Source: a virus
IMG/VR virus record: IMGVR_UViG_3300017527_001400
Coordinates: 1-64,000 of that record
Strand: one strand, 5' to 3'
Length of the DNA: 64,000 nt
Shown: positions 62,699-64,000 of the stretch, one piece after another
Numbering within the stretch: the first letter of the stretch is position 1
Layout of the letters: every line of letters starts with the position of its first letter
Position numbers and translations under genes: made by a program
Notes under the pieces: model-generated
Databases searched by the model: none
Told to the model about the DNA's origin: nothing
What the model saw: only the letters and a program-made list of their open reading frames with translations

Positions 62699-64000
62699 GT
62701 GGCTTATTCAGACGATATATCCACTCTGGGGGCGGATCATCATTGGGACTTCGATGGTGATTCGCTCGACCAGATTGGTTCTATAGATGGCACAGATACG
62801 ACCATGGACTATACCCATTCTGCCATAGCCAAGGATGCCACATTCTGTGCTACTATAGATGCAAGGTCGGATAAAGTCTTATTATCCACGGCCACCACAA
62901 TTGAGAATGCAGCGAATGCCAGAAAAGCTGTGGGTGGATGGTTCGCAGTAGATTCTGTAGAGCTCCCTATGTGTGTTATTTATTCCGAAGGAACCTATCT
63001 AATCGGTTGTCACATGTATTTAATGCCTGGGAATAGTGTCGTTGCTGAAATACGTGATGGTGCAAATTTTCAGGTTCAAGTCTATTCTGACATGATTCTT
63101 GCGCCCGACCGATCATACCATCTTTGTTTAATATTTGAAGGAACAGGATATGCAAATGAAGTTCGCTTTTATATAGATGGAATATCTCAATTAGACGCTG
63201 ATCCTTCAGATCGACAACCCGATGTGGCCACCATAACTGCAAGAGCTCAAGTAGGCGTATTTGGAGATCCTACGCATACTGATGTTGGGATGGGTGGTAC
63301 CGACTTTGCTGATGATATTCAAAGTCCCGGAGACAACAGATCAACTGAACAAGTTATTGATGCTTACTATCAGCACTGGTGTTGCTGGGGGGATGAAGCC
63401 GATGCAGTTCTAACGACTACTGAAGTAAGAGAAACATTGTTTGAACGTGGAGCCTTAGCGGATGTTACAATTAGCACCGGAACTGAATCCGCAATGCAAA
63501 CTGCTTTAGATGTTTATGCCGATACAGTAAGAGGAAATGCGGCTTGCTGTATAGAAGTCGAAGCTGTTTCTGGCGGCGGCGATTTTACATTGGATTTAGA
63601 TAATATCACATTTAACAGCTTGGCATCGATTCATATCAGATATAATGGCACGGCTGATACATTAACTCTTATAAACAAAAACGGAGCTAATTGCTCCATT
63701 GTAGCCAATCCCTTTGGTGGTAGTACTCAGGTCTTTACTGAAGTGGATATTGATGTTGCGATTCTGGACATTACTGATTCTGCTGGAATAGATGATGCAA
63801 GAGTTCTTGTCGAGGCTGATTCAGGAGGTGCCTTGCCTTCAGATGATGTTGTTACGATTACAAGATCAGTAAGAACCGCCACGGTATCGCATACAGCTCA
63901 TGGGTTATCCACTGGAGATTACATTGGCATCCGAAATGCGAATCAAGGAGACTATAACGGCATAAAACAAATCACAGTGACCACAGTTGATGCTTATACC
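62699..64000 (+). CDS. LamG/concanavalin-like virion protein, partial (runs off window)
   Basis: GTG start after GAGGTG; MAYSDDISTLGADHHWDFDGDSLD...YHLCLIFEG...RFYIDG. Confidence 0.7.
   Translation, partial: MAYSDDISTLGADHHWDFDGDSLDQIGSIDGTDTTMDYTHSAIAKDATFCATIDARSDKVLLSTATTIENAANARKAVGGWFAVDSVELPMCVIYSEGTYLIGCHMYLMPGNSVVAEIRDGANFQVQVYSDMILAPDRSYHLCLIFEGTGYANEVRFYIDGISQLDADPSDRQPDVATITARAQVGVFGDPTHTDVGMGGTDFADDIQSPGDNRSTEQVIDAYYQHWCCWGDEADAVLTTTEVRETLFERGALADVTISTGTESAMQTALDVYADTVRGNAACCIEVEAVSGGGDFTLDLDNITFNSLASIHIRYNGTADTLTLINKNGANCSIVANPFGGSTQVFTEVDIDVAILDITDSAGIDDARVLVEADSGGALPSDDVVTITRSVRTATVSHTAHGLSTGDYIGIRNANQGDYNGIKQITVTTVDAYT

Overview
A 64-kb stretch of a tailed dsDNA bacteriophage, mostly + strand; no integrase or rRNA seen and the host cannot be named from the sequence. 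In order: end of a tail fibre, lysis cassette, an 8-gene glycan-modification cluster, exonuclease/MTase/SNF2 helicase, an RNA-rich region (5 tandem Y-RNA-like genes + Ro60/TROVE, tRNAs, other structured RNAs), replication genes (primase, origin-like repeats, UvrD, DEDDh exonuclease), many small accessory ORFs, a 1.46-kb self-complementary region, AAA/VWA module, ligase, portal-TerL-TerS (- strand) and scaffold/capsid/virion genes (+ strand). Two candidate RNA-guided systems stand out. (1) A stand-alone Cas7/RAMP-like gene (16245-16997) is flanked by ~1.6 kb of non-coding DNA made of NNN-AT pentamers in ~9-11-unit blocks. Removing the last 2 nt of each pentamer gives 27-33-nt sequences that translate into conserved motifs of mobile-element genes (integrase TQRYAxLRD, AP2 AARAYDKL, primase GNGIQAYWMF, VRR-NUC VPNGG), suggesting an interleaved guide code. 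(2) A nuclease-less Nop-domain (TasA-like) gene (44470-45264) has ~13 TIGR-like CCN-N9-AG-N4-CCA-N9-AG units, 12 of them scattered between ORFs 9-12 kb away and one overlapping its own RBS/start. All calls are by eye from motifs; no database searches were run.
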